A DNA stretch of 64,000 nucleotides from Chloroflexota bacterium (GCA_042408875.1 JBHOQS010000014.1:2891-66890); one strand, 5' to 3'; shown: positions 30,235-43,728, counted from the stretch's first letter. A program made the numbers and translations. The notes: generated by a model not told the origin, from the sequence alone.

Positions 30235-32144
30235 CACAGCCGGCCGTGCAGAACCAGCAGAGAGTCGCCCAGGTTGCCCAGCACCACGCCACCGAGCTCC
30301 GGCCGCCATTCCATACGCATGCGCTGGAAGTATTGCACGCGCACGCCTGCCTCCAGGAACTCACCCGTGGCAGGATAGCCAGTCAGGTCCACACCGAGCG
30401 TTTCCATGGCGTGACGAAACGGCCCAGCAGTGCTCGTACCCGTCTCTCCAAACGTCACGGCCTCCTCTTCGATCCCGGCCGGCGCGGCCTGCACGGGCAC
30501 GAGCGCACCCGCGTCAGGCAACGGCAGGTCAGGGTGGAGGCGCCGGGCCTGGAGATATTCATCGCCGAGCAGGCCGAACAGCACCCGGCCATCGAGCTCA
30601 GGGTGCCACTCGGCGCGGCAGCGCTGGAACCACTGCACGGTCACGCCACCTTCTACCGCTTCGCCAGTGCGCGGATAGCCGCACACTGCCGGCCCGCCGG
30701 CCAAGCGATATGCCTCCAGGATCCCGAAGCTAACGTACTGGTCCGTCATCGCATAGTATACCTGCTGTCCAGGGATCGTCTCACGTTCAGCCAGTGTCGC
30801 AGCCATCACTGTGTACACCCCTGGCTCGCGGACCGGTGCCGTGACCACGCGGGCTGCTCGATCGACCACCGCGCCATCGACCGCGCGCCAGACTGGCACA
30901 AGTGCAGGGCGCTCCAGGCGCGCCAGGACCAGCCGGTCCTCGCTAGCATCCAACGGCAGGGCTGCCGAGTCGTACCCTATATGCAGGGTGACGGCCTGCT
31001 TAGGATCGAGCGGGGTGGCCGGGCTCCCGATCCAGACAAGCTCGACCAGCGGGCCGACCGGCGAGCGCACCATACCATCCTCATCCGGCGCTGGAAACGG
31101 ATCGATCAGCTCCCCGGCCCGGAGCACCGGGCGCGGCCGGCTCCGCCGCGGTGGTGTGTCCGTCAGCCGGCGCAGCACTGGTTGCTGGTCCGGGGACGGG
31201 GGCAGGCCCGTCAGCCAGGCTCCCAGCTCACCGTCACCAGCAGGCGCACCTGCCGGCTGAGGCGTGGCGCGGTCGCGTGCTGGTGGGGCAACGCTGCCTG
31301 GCTGGGCCGGGGCCGTGCCGTTGCCCATGGTAGCGGCAGGCGGTGCAGAGGCGGCTGAGGGCGCCGGCGTGGCGGATGGCAGGCGAGGCTCGGTCGGAGC
31401 CGGCGGAGGCACTGGCGTGCGCGTCAACGTGGGCGTGCGCGTTGGAGTCGCCGTGCGGGTGGACGTCGGTGTGCGCGTTGGTGTGGGCGTGCGCGTCAAC
31501 GTAGGGATAGCGGTCACGCTGGCCTCGGGCTCATCCTGCGCCGGCAGGATGGTCGCCCCGGCCGTACTACCGAGCAAGGGCTGCCCGCCGTAGGCCGCTT
31601 CGCTCCGGCGCGGCGGGGCAGTGCTCCACGTGAGCGCGGCCGGCTCCGCACGCAGCAGCGTGACATAGAACGCGGCGACCTCAAACGTTCCTGAGGGCGG
31701 AGGACCGGTTGTGCCAGCAGCGTAGTCGATCGTTCCTCGCGCGGCCGATACTCCGTTCTGGAGCTCCTGGTCAAACGGGCTCGCCTGGTGGGGCCGCAGC
31801 GCGCTGATCTCCTGCCCGGCGCCGTCGGTGATGCGCAGCAGCGACGGATCGTACTGGAGATAGACGGCAACGGCGGAGACCGGCTGCACCGGTGCGGAGA
31901 CGGTGACGAGGACGCGGCCCGGCCGGCCAGGCCGTAGCGTGAGCGTGGCCGGCACGAGCGAGAAGCTGACCGGTCCCGGCGTCTCCACCGGCTGCGACCC
32001 GGCGCCCGGCGGGGTAACCGGCCACAGGGCACTCAGCGCTGCCACCAGCGCGGCACAGCCCAAGATGGCGGAGCTAGACCGGCGGCCCCGTGGCGCCTGC
32101 CCGTCCTGTGCCGGCGCATGTCTGCATCTCCACATACCAGACAC
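30234..32144 (-). CDS. Secreted surface protein: cohesin-like domain, Thr/Pro linker, FPETGH-type repeats
   Basis: Signal peptide, LQYDPSLL cohesin-like strand pattern, PTRTPT repeats, GYPRTGE/VQWFQR repeats. Confidence 0.75.
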   Translation of the reverse strand: MSGMWRCRHAPAQDGQAPRGRRSSSAILGCAALVAALSALWPVTPPGAGSQPVETPGPVSFSLVPATLTLRPGRPGRVLVTVSAPVQPVSAVAVYLQYDPSLLRITDGAGQEISALRPHQASPFDQELQNGVSAARGTIDYAAGTTGPPPSGTFEVAAFYVTLLRAEPAALTWSTAPPRRSEAAYGGQPLLGSTAGATILPAQDEPEASVTAIPTLTRTPTPTRTPTSTRTATPTRTPTLTRTPVPPPAPTEPRLPSATPAPSAASAPPAATMGNGTAPAQPGSVAPPARDRATPQPAGAPAGDGELGAWLTGLPPSPDQQPVLRRLTDTPPRRSRPRPVLRAGELIDPFPAPDEDGMVRSPVGPLVELVWIGSPATPLDPKQAVTLHIGYDSAALPLDASEDRLVLARLERPALVPVWRAVDGAVVDRAARVVTAPVREPGVYTVMAATLAERETIPGQQVYYAMTDQYVSFGILEAYRLAGGPAVCGYPRTGEAVEGGVTVQWFQRCRAEWHPELDGRVLFGLLGDEYLQARRLHPDLPLPDAGALVPVQAAPAGIEEEAVTFGETGTSTAGPFRHAMETLGVDLTGYPATGEFLEAGVRVQYFQRMRMEWRPELGGVVLGNLGDSLLVLHGRL

Positions 32145-32363
32145 GCCCTTTTAGTCTCTCTTCCGGCTGCCAGACGTCCCTCGAGCAGCCCTGCTGCGAT
32201 TGTGGGAGCCAGTATCCGGCCGGTCAATGCACCTGCATGTGCCGCTGGTGTACAGAGGTGGCCTGTTTTCGCGGGGAAGCAGTTGACCGGAGGGGGGAGC
32301 GCGGCTAGAATGCGGCGCGGGGAGCAGGTCCACTGCTGGTCTACCACTGCTGGTCCATCACGG

Positions 32364-32942
32364 ATGGTCTACAGCGCAGAGTTCTGGGCCCTGGAACCGC
32401 ATGAGCGTGAAACAGACGGTGGGCTGCCGTCGGCGCGGCTGCGGCATGCGCGGTTGCAGCGTCGGCCTAGTCCCCGGCCGGGCGAGAACGCGCTGAACCA
32501 GTGGGCCCGGACCGTCTCGCCGCTCAAGGTCCTGCGCAACGGCGCCTGCATCTTCCTCTCACGTTATGCGCCATCGCTGGCGCTCAAACGGTGGTTGCTC
32601 CGCCTGACCGGCATGCGCGTGGGCCGCAACGTTGCGGTGGGCCTCTTCGCCACGTTTGACGTCTTCTTTCCGGAGCTGATCACCATCGGCGCGGAGAGCA
32701 TCGTCGGCTTTGACTCGGTGATCCTCTGTCACGAATATCTCGTAGATGAGTGGCGCATCGGCCCGGTCGTCATCGGCGAACGGGTGATGATCGGAGCGAA
32801 TTGCACCATCCTGCCCGGCGTAGTGATCGGCGATGGGGCGATCGTGTCAGCCTGTAGTCTGGTCAACCGGGATGTGCCGCCCGGTGCAGTGGTCGGTGGT
32901 GTGCCGATCAGGCTCCTGCGCCGCGCGCCAGCGGATAGCTAA
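32364..32942 (+). CDS. Hexapeptide-repeat acyltransferase (YvoF-like)
   Basis: DVFFPELITIG, ILCHEYL, IGANCTILPGVVIGDGAIV, GGVP. Start approximate. Confidence 0.85.
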   Translation: MVYSAEFWALEPHERETDGGLPSARLRHARLQRRPSPRPGENALNQWARTVSPLKVLRNGACIFLSRYAPSLALKRWLLRLTGMRVGRNVAVGLFATFDVFFPELITIGAESIVGFDSVILCHEYLVDEWRIGPVVIGERVMIGANCTILPGVVIGDGAIVSACSLVNRDVPPGAVVGGVPIRLLRRAPADS

Positions 32943-32958
32943 GGGAAAGCCAGGGACT

Positions 32959-32997
32959 TTGTTAAACTTTGCACAAAGTTTGGGGGCGTGCTATACT
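32959..32997 (+). promoter_or_regulatory. atp operon promoter with overlapping Rex-like operator
   Basis: TTGCAC (32969)-17 nt-TATACT (32992) with TGn extension. TTGTTAA-N4-TGCACAA at 32959-32976. Confidence 0.65.
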
Positions 32998-33049
32998 CAC
33001 GGCGGCAGCAGCAGCCCTGGACCCGCCGGGGCCGCCAGGATTGAGGTGC

Positions 33050-33250
33050 ATGCGAGGCGCATGGCGAGCTGCAGCGCTGGCTCTCCAGATGGGGTTCTTG
33101 ATCGTCACGCTCGCCGGTGCGGGCCTGGCGGCTGGTTTGTTGCTTGATGGGTGGCTCGGGACGAAGCCGCTCTTTTTTATCATCGGGCTGCTGCTGGGCC
33201 TTGCCTCGAGCTTCTACGCGCTCTACTATTTGCTCAAGGTGCAGGAGTAG
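33050..33250 (+). CDS. AtpZ/AtpI family protein
   Basis: Two TM helices with GLLLDGWLGTKPLF; first gene of the atp operon. Confidence 0.88.
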   Translation: MRGAWRAAALALQMGFLIVTLAGAGLAAGLLLDGWLGTKPLFFIIGLLLGLASSFYALYYLLKVQE

Positions 33251-33296
33251 GCGCGTTCGCGCGTCAGGGCGGTGTGGGCAACACGAGGGACATGTA

Positions 33297-34118
33297 ATGA
33301 ATGTGGAGATCAGTCCGGCTGCGGAGACGCTCTTTCATCTCGGGCCGGTCCCCATTACCAACACGATCATCACGACCTGGCTGGTGATGATCGTGTTGAT
33401 CGTAGTGAGCTACGTTGGGACGCGCAATCTCCAGCTCGTGCCGGGCCGCTTCCAGGGGATGCTGGAGGCCATTATTGAGGCGATCTACAGCCTGGTCGAG
33501 AGCAGTACTGGGCGGTATGCACGGGCGGCGTTTCCCCTGATCGGCACCCTGTTCCTGTATATCGTCACGGCAAACTGGATGAGCCTGTTGCCTGGCTTTA
33601 CCCCCAGCGGGATGTTCGGTCCGGCGCTCTGGCTGGCCGCCGAGCATGATCATCACCTGGTGCACATCCCCTTGCTGCGCGCGCCCAACAGCGACATCAA
33701 CATGACGCTGGCGATGGGTCTGAGCAGCTTCGTGTTCATTCATTACTCTGGCATCCGAATGAACGGGCTGCTCGGCTACCTGAAGCACTTGAGCACGCCG
33801 ATCTTCCTTACGCCGATCAATGTAGTCATCGAGTCGTTCGTGCCGGTGTCCCTGTCGTTCCGGTTGTTCGGCAACATCTTCGGGGGCGATGTGCTCCTGA
33901 CGGTGATGGCCCTGCCGGTGGTCGCCCTGGTGTTCATGATCCTGGAGATGCTGTTCGGGCTGATCCAGGCGCTGATTTTCTCGATCCTGACGGCCATCTT
34001 CGTCGGCCTGGCCACGGCGCACGGCCATGAGCACGACGAGCATCCCCATGCGCCGGCTGCCCACGGCGAGCGTGCCGGGCCCGCACCAGCTGCTGAGCCT
34101 GCGGCGCCAGCGCATTGA
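33297..34118 (+). CDS. atpB: F0 subunit a
   Basis: PITNT, PGRFQ, PNSDIN, SLSFRLFGN (essential Arg), IQALIF. Confidence 0.96.
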   Translation: MNVEISPAAETLFHLGPVPITNTIITTWLVMIVLIVVSYVGTRNLQLVPGRFQGMLEAIIEAIYSLVESSTGRYARAAFPLIGTLFLYIVTANWMSLLPGFTPSGMFGPALWLAAEHDHHLVHIPLLRAPNSDINMTLAMGLSSFVFIHYSGIRMNGLLGYLKHLSTPIFLTPINVVIESFVPVSLSFRLFGNIFGGDVLLTVMALPVVALVFMILEMLFGLIQALIFSILTAIFVGLATAHGHEHDEHPHAPAAHGERAGPAPAAEPAAPAH

Positions 34119-34438
34119 CAGGATGTCTGGCACAGTCTAGAGACTAAAAGACTAATTAAATTTAAAAAATAAAAATAAAAACCAGTCTGTTAAGCACACA
34201 GATAGCGGACATGGGCTTCAGTGCACGTTCGACGCCGTCAACGTCGAACGTGCAGGGATGGTGTGGACGGAGCACGTTATACTACGGCACCGATCAGCGG
34301 GCCGGGCGCGCGGGACCCTGGTGCCGCGCCCGCAAGGCGGCCCGCGTCCGGGTGGCGAGCGAGTGCGGTCGCTGCCCGAGGGGGCGGTCGCGTACGACCG
34401 TCAGGTCTAGAGTCACAGGTCAAAGGAGTGAGTGAGCG

Positions 34439-34669
34439 ATGTCCCCGGAAGTTGCCAAGCTGTTTGCCCCCGCCCTGGCCATCGCCTTCGGCGGCATGCT
34501 GCCGGCGCTGGCGATCGGACTGTCCGTGCGGTCGGCGCTCGAGGCCATCGGGCGCAACCCCGAGGCGGAGAACGCTATCCGCACGACGATGATCATTGGC
34601 ATCGGTCTGGCCGAGGCCGTGGCGATCTACGCCTTCGTGGTTGCGCTGGTGCTCATCTTTGTAGGATAA
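34439..34669 (+). CDS. atpE: F0 subunit c (H+-type)
   Basis: GRNPE loop, LAEAVAIY carrier Glu, AAGGAG RBS. Confidence 0.97.
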   Translation: MSPEVAKLFAPALAIAFGGMLPALAIGLSVRSALEAIGRNPEAENAIRTTMIIGIGLAEAVAIYAFVVALVLIFVG

Positions 34670-34701
34670 GGGTGCCCTTCACCCCGGCCCCCGCCGGTCT
34701 G

Positions 34702-34739
34702 GGGCTGGAGGGGTGAATGATCAGTCACCCCTCCAGCCC
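34702..34739 (+). other. 15-bp perfect hairpin downstream of atpE
   Basis: GGGCTGGAGGGGTGA-N8-TCACCCCTCCAGCCC. Confidence 0.7.
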
Positions 34740-34842
34740 ACGCTCCAGACTGGCTCGCCCGCTCCCGCGCTGCGGAAGAGGGGCGTATGTCACTGTCGCT
34801 AGCGACGAGGCGGGGTGAAGGACCGGAGAAGGCAGGTCGGCG

Positions 34843-35346
34843 ATGGAGAAGCTCGGGCTTAATCCGATTGTCTTGGGAATCCAGCTCATCAATTTCCTGT
34901 TGCTTCTCTGGGTGCTGAACAGGCTCTTGCTCCAGCCGATCCTGCGCACGCTGGATGAGCGGGCCAACCGTATTCGCACGAACTTGCAGGAGGCCGAGCG
35001 GCTGCGCGAGGAGGCCGAGCGGCAGCACCGTGAGTACCAGGAGCAGCTCCAGCGCGCTCGCGAGGACGTGCGGGCCATGCTGGCCGAAGCGAATGCGCAG
35101 AGCGAGCGTATCCTTGCGCAGGCTCGCGAGCAGGCCGAGCGCGAACGGCAGGAAGCGCTGCAACGCGCCCATGCGGAGATCCAGCGGGAGAAGGAGCAGG
35201 CCATTCTGGAGCTTCGCAACGAGGTAGCGAACCTGGCGATCATCGCGGCCAGCCGTGTGCTGGGCGAGGAGCTCGACGAGCAGAAACACCGGCGGCTGAT
35301 CGAGAGCATGCTCCAGGACGTACGGCTCGGCAACGGCCGGCCGTGA
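34843..35346 (+). CDS. atpF: F0 subunit b
   Basis: QLINFLLL TM, LDERANRI, coiled coil; operon position. Confidence 0.96.
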   Translation: MEKLGLNPIVLGIQLINFLLLLWVLNRLLLQPILRTLDERANRIRTNLQEAERLREEAERQHREYQEQLQRAREDVRAMLAEANAQSERILAQAREQAERERQEALQRAHAEIQREKEQAILELRNEVANLAIIAASRVLGEELDEQKHRRLIESMLQDVRLGNGRP

Positions 35347-35404
35347 AGGGCCGGACCCGTACGCCTCGGCGTAGTTCAGGGAGATTTGCTGAAGCGGCTG
35401 ACAC

Positions 35405-35944
35405 ATGGCGCTACGAGGCAGCGCAGCGAAGCGCTACGCACAGGCGATCGCCCAGATCGCACAAGAGCAGAACACCTGGGACCAGTGGTACCGGGATCTG
35501 AACACTATTGACAGCATCCTGTCGAACCGCCTGCTCCAGCAGTACCTGCGCAGCTCACGCATTCCGGTCGAGGAGAAGGTCGAGACGGTGCGACAGGTCG
35601 CTGAAGGCGGGCTGTCGGCGGAAGCGATGAACCTGCTGCGGCTGCTGGTCGAGCGGCAGCGCACGCACCTGGCACACGAGATCCTGGTATGGTACGACCG
35701 CCTGGCCGATGAGGCGCGGGGGATCGTGCGCGCGCAGGCGACGACGGCAGTGCCGCTGACCGACCGTGAGCGCGAGCTGCTGCGCCGTTATCTGGGCGGG
35801 CCAGAGGGCCGGCCGGTGCGCCTCGCCGAGCAGGTTGAGCCGCTGATTATCGGCGGGATCATTCTGCGGATCGGTGACCAGCTCATCGACAGGAGCCTGC
35901 GCACGCGTCTGGTGGCGCTGCGTAACAGCCTAGTGCGCGGCTAG
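35405..35944 (+). CDS. atpH: F1 subunit delta
   Basis: AKRYAQA, IIGGIILRIGDQLIDRS. Confidence 0.95.
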   Translation: MALRGSAAKRYAQAIAQIAQEQNTWDQWYRDLNTIDSILSNRLLQQYLRSSRIPVEEKVETVRQVAEGGLSAEAMNLLRLLVERQRTHLAHEILVWYDRLADEARGIVRAQATTAVPLTDRERELLRRYLGGPEGRPVRLAEQVEPLIIGGIILRIGDQLIDRSLRTRLVALRNSLVRG

Positions 35945-36157
35945 CAGGCTGGCCGGCGCTGCGCCGGTGCAGGCCTGGCCGGCCCTGCGCGACGATGAAG
36001 AAACAGTATAAAACGGTATAGAATTATGCGCGGACTGCCAGGCACGCCGGCCGGGCATAGCCGGGGCAGGGCCGGAGACTCTCAACAGGCCGGCGCACTG
36101 GCAACGGAGAGCGGCATAGATCAGGCGCCCCACGTACCGGAGGGGGAGTAGAACGCA

Positions 36158-37684
<1,527 letters not shown>

Positions 37685-37693
37685 GCCGGGGCT

Positions 37694-38587
37694 ATGCCAG
37701 GCACTCGTGAGATCAGGCGACGCATCCGCTCGATCAACAATACTAGACAGATTACCCGCGCCATGGAGCGCGTGGCGGCGGCGCGGCTGCGCCGTTCACA
37801 GCAGCGCGTGCTGGCGGCGCGGCCCTACGCGCAGAAGATGCGGGAGGTGCTGGCCGACCTGGCCGCCCACGTCGGCCCTGAGATCGCAGCGTCCCATCCG
37901 TTGATGCAGCGCCGCGAAGTGCGCGCCATCGGCGTGATCGTCTTGACCACGGACCGCGGGCTGTGTGGGGCATTGAACTCGAACACGATCCGCGCCACGC
38001 TGCGATTCTTGCTCGACCACCAGGCCACGCCAGCACAGCTCGTCACCGTCGGCCGCAAGGGCCCGGAACTGCTGCGCAGTGCCGGGGTGAATATCGTGGC
38101 CGAATTCCGTGACCTGGGCGACCGGCCTACTTTGCTCGACACGCTGCCGATTGTGCGCATCGCCATGGATGGCTTCGCCGACGGCAGCTTCGACGAGGTG
38201 CACCTTATCTATCCACAGTTTGTCAGCACGCTGGTGCAACGGCCGACGGTGCAGCAGATCCTGCCGCTCACCGGCGTCCTGGCTGGCCTTGCCGAGGACG
38301 TCACCGGCAGGTATCCGCGTCGCGAGATCGAGTTCATCTATGAGCCAAACGCTCGTGAAGTGCTGTCACGGCTGCTGCCACGCTTTGTAGAGATCCAGGT
38401 CTATCAGGCGCTGCTGGAGACCATCGCGTCGGAGTACAGCGCGCGCATGGTGGCGATGCGCAACGCCACTGAGAATGCGACGGAGCTGCTGGAGGAGCTG
38501 CGACTGAGCTATAACAAGGCGCGCCAGGCGCAGATCACCCGCGAGATCGTCGAGATCGCTACCGGCGCACAGGCGGTGTCACGCTAG
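37694..38587 (+). CDS. atpG: F1 subunit gamma
   Basis: QITRAM, DRGLCG, ARMVAM, NKARQAQITRE. Confidence 0.98.
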   Translation: MPGTREIRRRIRSINNTRQITRAMERVAAARLRRSQQRVLAARPYAQKMREVLADLAAHVGPEIAASHPLMQRREVRAIGVIVLTTDRGLCGALNSNTIRATLRFLLDHQATPAQLVTVGRKGPELLRSAGVNIVAEFRDLGDRPTLLDTLPIVRIAMDGFADGSFDEVHLIYPQFVSTLVQRPTVQQILPLTGVLAGLAEDVTGRYPRREIEFIYEPNAREVLSRLLPRFVEIQVYQALLETIASEYSARMVAMRNATENATELLEELRLSYNKARQAQITREIVEIATGAQAVSR

Positions 38588-38670
38588 AGGGTTCCACCTC
38601 TGCGTGTATGACTGTTCCAGGTTTGTCGTTCTGAAGCTGTCGTTCTGAGGTTGTCGTTCTGGGGTTGTAG

Positions 38671-40077
<1,407 letters not shown>

Positions 40078-40141
40078 AGGCGGACCTCGCTCTGGCCCCT
40101 GCCCCTGGGAGGGCCAGGGATGCGGCCGCTGGGAGCAGCCT

Positions 40142-40594
40142 ATGCCTGGCAAGCTCACGCTCGAAATCATCACTGCGGAGCGGGTGGTCTTCTCGGACGA
40201 GGTCGATATGGTCACCGCGCCCGGCGCGTTGGGCACAGTTGGCATCCTGCCGCGCCACGCACCGATGTTGACGACGCTGGAGCCGGGCGAGGTGAAGATC
40301 GTCCAGAACGGGGAAGAGACGTTTCTGGCGATCGGTGGCGGCTTTCTCGAGGTCCGGGATAACCACATCGTGGTGCTCGCGGACTCCGCCGAGCGGGCAG
40401 AAGAGATCGACGTTCAGCGGGCAGAAGAGGCGCGGCAGCGGGCTCGTGAGCGCCTGCGCGCCCGTGAGGCGGGCGTTGACGTCGAGCGCGCGGCGACGTC
40501 GCTCGCGCGAGCTCTGGCTCGCCTGCGGGTGGCTGAGCGGGCCAGGCGGCGCGGCCGCATCCCCGGCGCGCCGCCGCGCACCGGCGAAGAATAG
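40142..40594 (+). CDS. atpC: F1 subunit epsilon
   Basis: GILPRHAP, GGFLEV, AERAEEID. Confidence 0.96.
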   Translation: MPGKLTLEIITAERVVFSDEVDMVTAPGALGTVGILPRHAPMLTTLEPGEVKIVQNGEETFLAIGGGFLEVRDNHIVVLADSAERAEEIDVQRAEEARQRARERLRAREAGVDVERAATSLARALARLRVAERARRRGRIPGAPPRTGEE

Positions 40595-40863
40595 CCCAGG
40601 AGCCCGCCGCTTCATTCCCTCTCACAGGCGCTCGCGCGCCTCGCCCGGCTTCCAGCCGCGCTCCTGTGGGCCGCCTTCCTGCAGATCAGGGGCGCGTTCT
40701 GGCCGGCACGCGCTTTGCACCCTTATGCCCTGCTGGTCGTCAGTACCAGGGGCACTGGAAGGGCTTGGCCGCCCCGGCTGGCCATGCTATGATACCGCCA
40801 CACGCCACTCACAGAGACGGCCCGCTCGCGGGGGCTGCGCGCGGCAGCGCGGGGGAGCATACG

Positions 40864-42153
40864 GTGTCGTACATCGTCATCTGCGGTGGTCGTCCGCTCC
40901 GTGGTGAACTCACCATCATGGGCTCGAAGAATGCCACGCTGCCGCTGCTGGCAGCGTGTCTCCTCACCGATGAACCCTGCCTCCTCTCGAACATCCCGCT
41001 GGTCGACGATATCTTCACGATGGTTGAGCTGCTGCGCTGCCTCGGCGCAGATGTCACCATCGACGTGGCCACGCGCACCGTGCGCGTGTGCGCTGCCGGC
41101 CTGCGCCGGTCCGATCCGGACCCTGATCTGGTGCGTAAGGAGCGTGGGTCGTTCCTGGTGATGGGGCCGCTGCTGGCGCGGCTGCACCGCGCTTCGTCAC
41201 CGCATCCCGGCGGCTGCGCTATCGGGGCACGGCCGGTCGATGTCACGGTGCATGGGTTTCGCGCTATGGGGGCACGGGTGCAGACCGATGGTGGATGGTA
41301 CGATGCTTGGGCGCCGCAGGGCCTGCACGGCGCCAGCATCTACCTCGACTATCCCAGCGTGACCGGCACCGAGAACCTCATGCTGGCCGCCTCGCTCGCG
41401 CCGGGGCGAACAGTGATCAAGCACGCCTCGTGCGAGCCCGAGGTGGTAGCATTGGCGGAGTTCCTCACCGCCATGGGGGCGCGCATCCGTGGCGCTGGCT
41501 CGTCGTTCATCGAGATCGAAGGCGTGCCCCGACTGCACGGTGCAGAAGGACGGGTCATCCCCGATCGCATCGAGGCAGGTACCTTCGCCGCCGCAGCCGT
41601 TGCTACCGAGGGTGAGCTCGTGCTCCATGACGTGAACTATGACCACCTCGAGCCAGTGCTGTACAAGCTTCAGCAGATCGGCGCTCGCACCGAGTGCCAT
41701 GGCAGCGTCCTGCACGTCAGCGGCAGCCGGCCGTTCCAGGCAGTGGAGGTACAGGCCATTCACTTCCCCGGTTTCCCGACGGACCTCCAGGCGGTCTTTG
41801 CCGCCCTGCTCACACAGGCGGAGGGCCTGAGCATTATCCAGGAACGTGTGTACGAGAACCGCCTGCTTTACGTAGACGAGCTGCGCAAGATGGGCGCGCA
41901 GATCATCGTGCGCGGTCAGCGCGCCGATATCTACGGCCCCACGCCGCTCCACGGTGCCGAAGTACGGGCGCTGGACCTGCGCGCCGGGGCAAGCCTGATC
42001 GTCGGCGGCCTGGTTGCCGAGGGTGAGACGGTCATCTCCGACGTACACCACATCCAGCGCGGCTACGAAGACGTGGTCGGGCGCCTCGCGTCGCTCGGCG
42101 CCGATATCCGCCTGGTCGAGCGGCCGGCCGGGGCGGTTGCCGCCGGCGCGTAG
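40864..42153 (+). CDS. murA: UDP-N-acetylglucosamine 1-carboxyvinyltransferase
   Basis: GSKNATLP, PGGCAIGARP (catalytic Cys), PDRIEAGT, PGFPTD, DLRAG. GTG start with RBS. Confidence 0.96.
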   Translation: MSYIVICGGRPLRGELTIMGSKNATLPLLAACLLTDEPCLLSNIPLVDDIFTMVELLRCLGADVTIDVATRTVRVCAAGLRRSDPDPDLVRKERGSFLVMGPLLARLHRASSPHPGGCAIGARPVDVTVHGFRAMGARVQTDGGWYDAWAPQGLHGASIYLDYPSVTGTENLMLAASLAPGRTVIKHASCEPEVVALAEFLTAMGARIRGAGSSFIEIEGVPRLHGAEGRVIPDRIEAGTFAAAAVATEGELVLHDVNYDHLEPVLYKLQQIGARTECHGSVLHVSGSRPFQAVEVQAIHFPGFPTDLQAVFAALLTQAEGLSIIQERVYENRLLYVDELRKMGAQIIVRGQRADIYGPTPLHGAEVRALDLRAGASLIVGGLVAEGETVISDVHHIQRGYEDVVGRLASLGADIRLVERPAGAVAAGA

Positions 42154-42389
42154 CCCGGACCTCCTGGCCGCCGAACATGGTATACTGGACCTGCGCGTTC
42201 GCCGAGTGGCTCGCGCACACCAACCTTCTGTGCTTCACCTCTCTGTATGGCATTTATCTATATGCCATTTATCTATATGCCATAATAAATGGCATATTTG
42301 CCATGGGAAAGATTCCCGTAGAGCAATTTCGTGCTGTGGTGCAGTACCGGGCGGTACGCTAAGCATTGAACTCAACATCCTCACACCGC

Positions 42390-43403
42390 ATGTTTGGCAA
42401 GCAGATCGGCATCGACCTGGGCACCGCGAACGTTCTCGTCTACGTGCGCGGTCGCGGCATCGTCATCAACGAGCCGTCCGTTGTCGCGATCTCGACCACA
42501 GATAACCGCATCGAGGCCGTCGGAGATGACGCGCGCCAGATGCTCGGCCGCACGCCCGGCACCATAAACGTCGTGCGGCCGATGCGCAACGGCGTGATCG
42601 CCGATTATGTCATCACCGAGGCGATGCTGCGGTATTTCATTAATAAAGTCTGCGGTCCGCCGTGGCGCCGGCTGGTGAAGCCGGATGTGGTCGTGTCCGT
42701 GCCGGCAGGTGTCACCGACGTGGAGCGCCGCGCCGTGCACGACGCAGCGCGCGCGGCGGGGGCGCGGCAGGCCTCGCTCATCCCCGAGCCGCTTGCCGCG
42801 GCGATCGGCGCGAACGTGCCGATCTCCAGCCCCAGCGGGAACCTGATCGTCAACATCGGCGGGGGTACGACCGAGGTAGCGGTTATCTCGCTCAACGACA
42901 TCGTCGTGGTGAACTCGGTGCGCGTGGGCGGCAATAAGATCGATGACGCTATTGCTACATATATTAAAAAAAAGTACAATCTGATGATCGGCGAGCGCAC
43001 GGCTGAAGAGGTCAAGATCGAGGTAGGCAGCGCGCTACCACTCGATCCGCCGCTGACGGTCGATGTGCGCGGCCGCGATCAGGTAATGGGACTGCCCCGC
43101 ACCATCACCGTCACCTCGGACGAGATCACGGAGGCCATCGCCGAGCCGGTCGAGCAGATCGTGCAAGCGGTGAAGGACGTGCTCGAGGTCACGCCCCCCG
43201 AGCTGGCCTCAGATATCATCGACAAGGGGATGGTCATGACTGGCGGCGGGTCGCTGCTGCGCAATCTGGACAAGCTGCTCACCCAGGTGACCGACATCCC
43301 CTGCCATGTGGCCGAGCACCCGCTGACCTGCGTGGCGATCGGGACTGGCATGGCGCTTGAACACTTCCATGTGCTCAAGAAAAGTATGATCCTGGCTGGC
43401 TAG
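42390..43403 (+). CDS. mreB: Rod shape-determining protein MreB/Mbl
   Basis: [37 protein letters not shown]. Confidence 0.96.
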   Translation: MFGKQIGIDLGTANVLVYVRGRGIVINEPSVVAISTTDNRIEAVGDDARQMLGRTPGTINVVRPMRNGVIADYVITEAMLRYFINKVCGPPWRRLVKPDVVVSVPAGVTDVERRAVHDAARAAGARQASLIPEPLAAAIGANVPISSPSGNLIVNIGGGTTEVAVISLNDIVVVNSVRVGGNKIDDAIATYIKKKYNLMIGERTAEEVKIEVGSALPLDPPLTVDVRGRDQVMGLPRTITVTSDEITEAIAEPVEQIVQAVKDVLEVTPPELASDIIDKGMVMTGGGSLLRNLDKLLTQVTDIPCHVAEHPLTCVAIGTGMALEHFHVLKKSMILAG

Positions 43404-43458
43404 CGCGTGTCCAGGCGGCAGCCCGTGCCAGGCTGCCGCCTGGCGGTGCGGGTGCCCT

Positions 43459-43728
43459 ATGCACAACACGATGGACATGCACGATGCCACCGCGTATGCG
43501 GGTTCCAAGCCGTCGCCGGATGAGGTGCGGGCCTGGATCGTACAGCAGCCGGCGACGCAGCGGATTACCGCTGAGGCGCTCCAGGCGCAGTTTCACCTCG
43601 GTGACGAGGACGAGCCCGGCTGGCTGGCGCACTTCCTCCGCGAGTGCCGGGAACGCGGGCCATATACACGCAACCATGCCCTGGCCCGGCTGGCCGCCAT
43701 CGTGGCCCAGCATAACCACCTCGGCTAG
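43459..43728 (+). CDS. Hypothetical protein (89 aa)
   Basis: ORF co-oriented after mreB with protein-like composition. Confidence 0.55.
   Translation: MHNTMDMHDATAYAGSKPSPDEVRAWIVQQPATQRITAEALQAQFHLGDEDEPGWLAHFLRECRERGPYTRNHALARLAAIVAQHNHLG

Noticed and set aside
31410-31510. Tandem repeat as a DNA element
   Set aside because: Encodes the PTRTPT linker of the surface protein.
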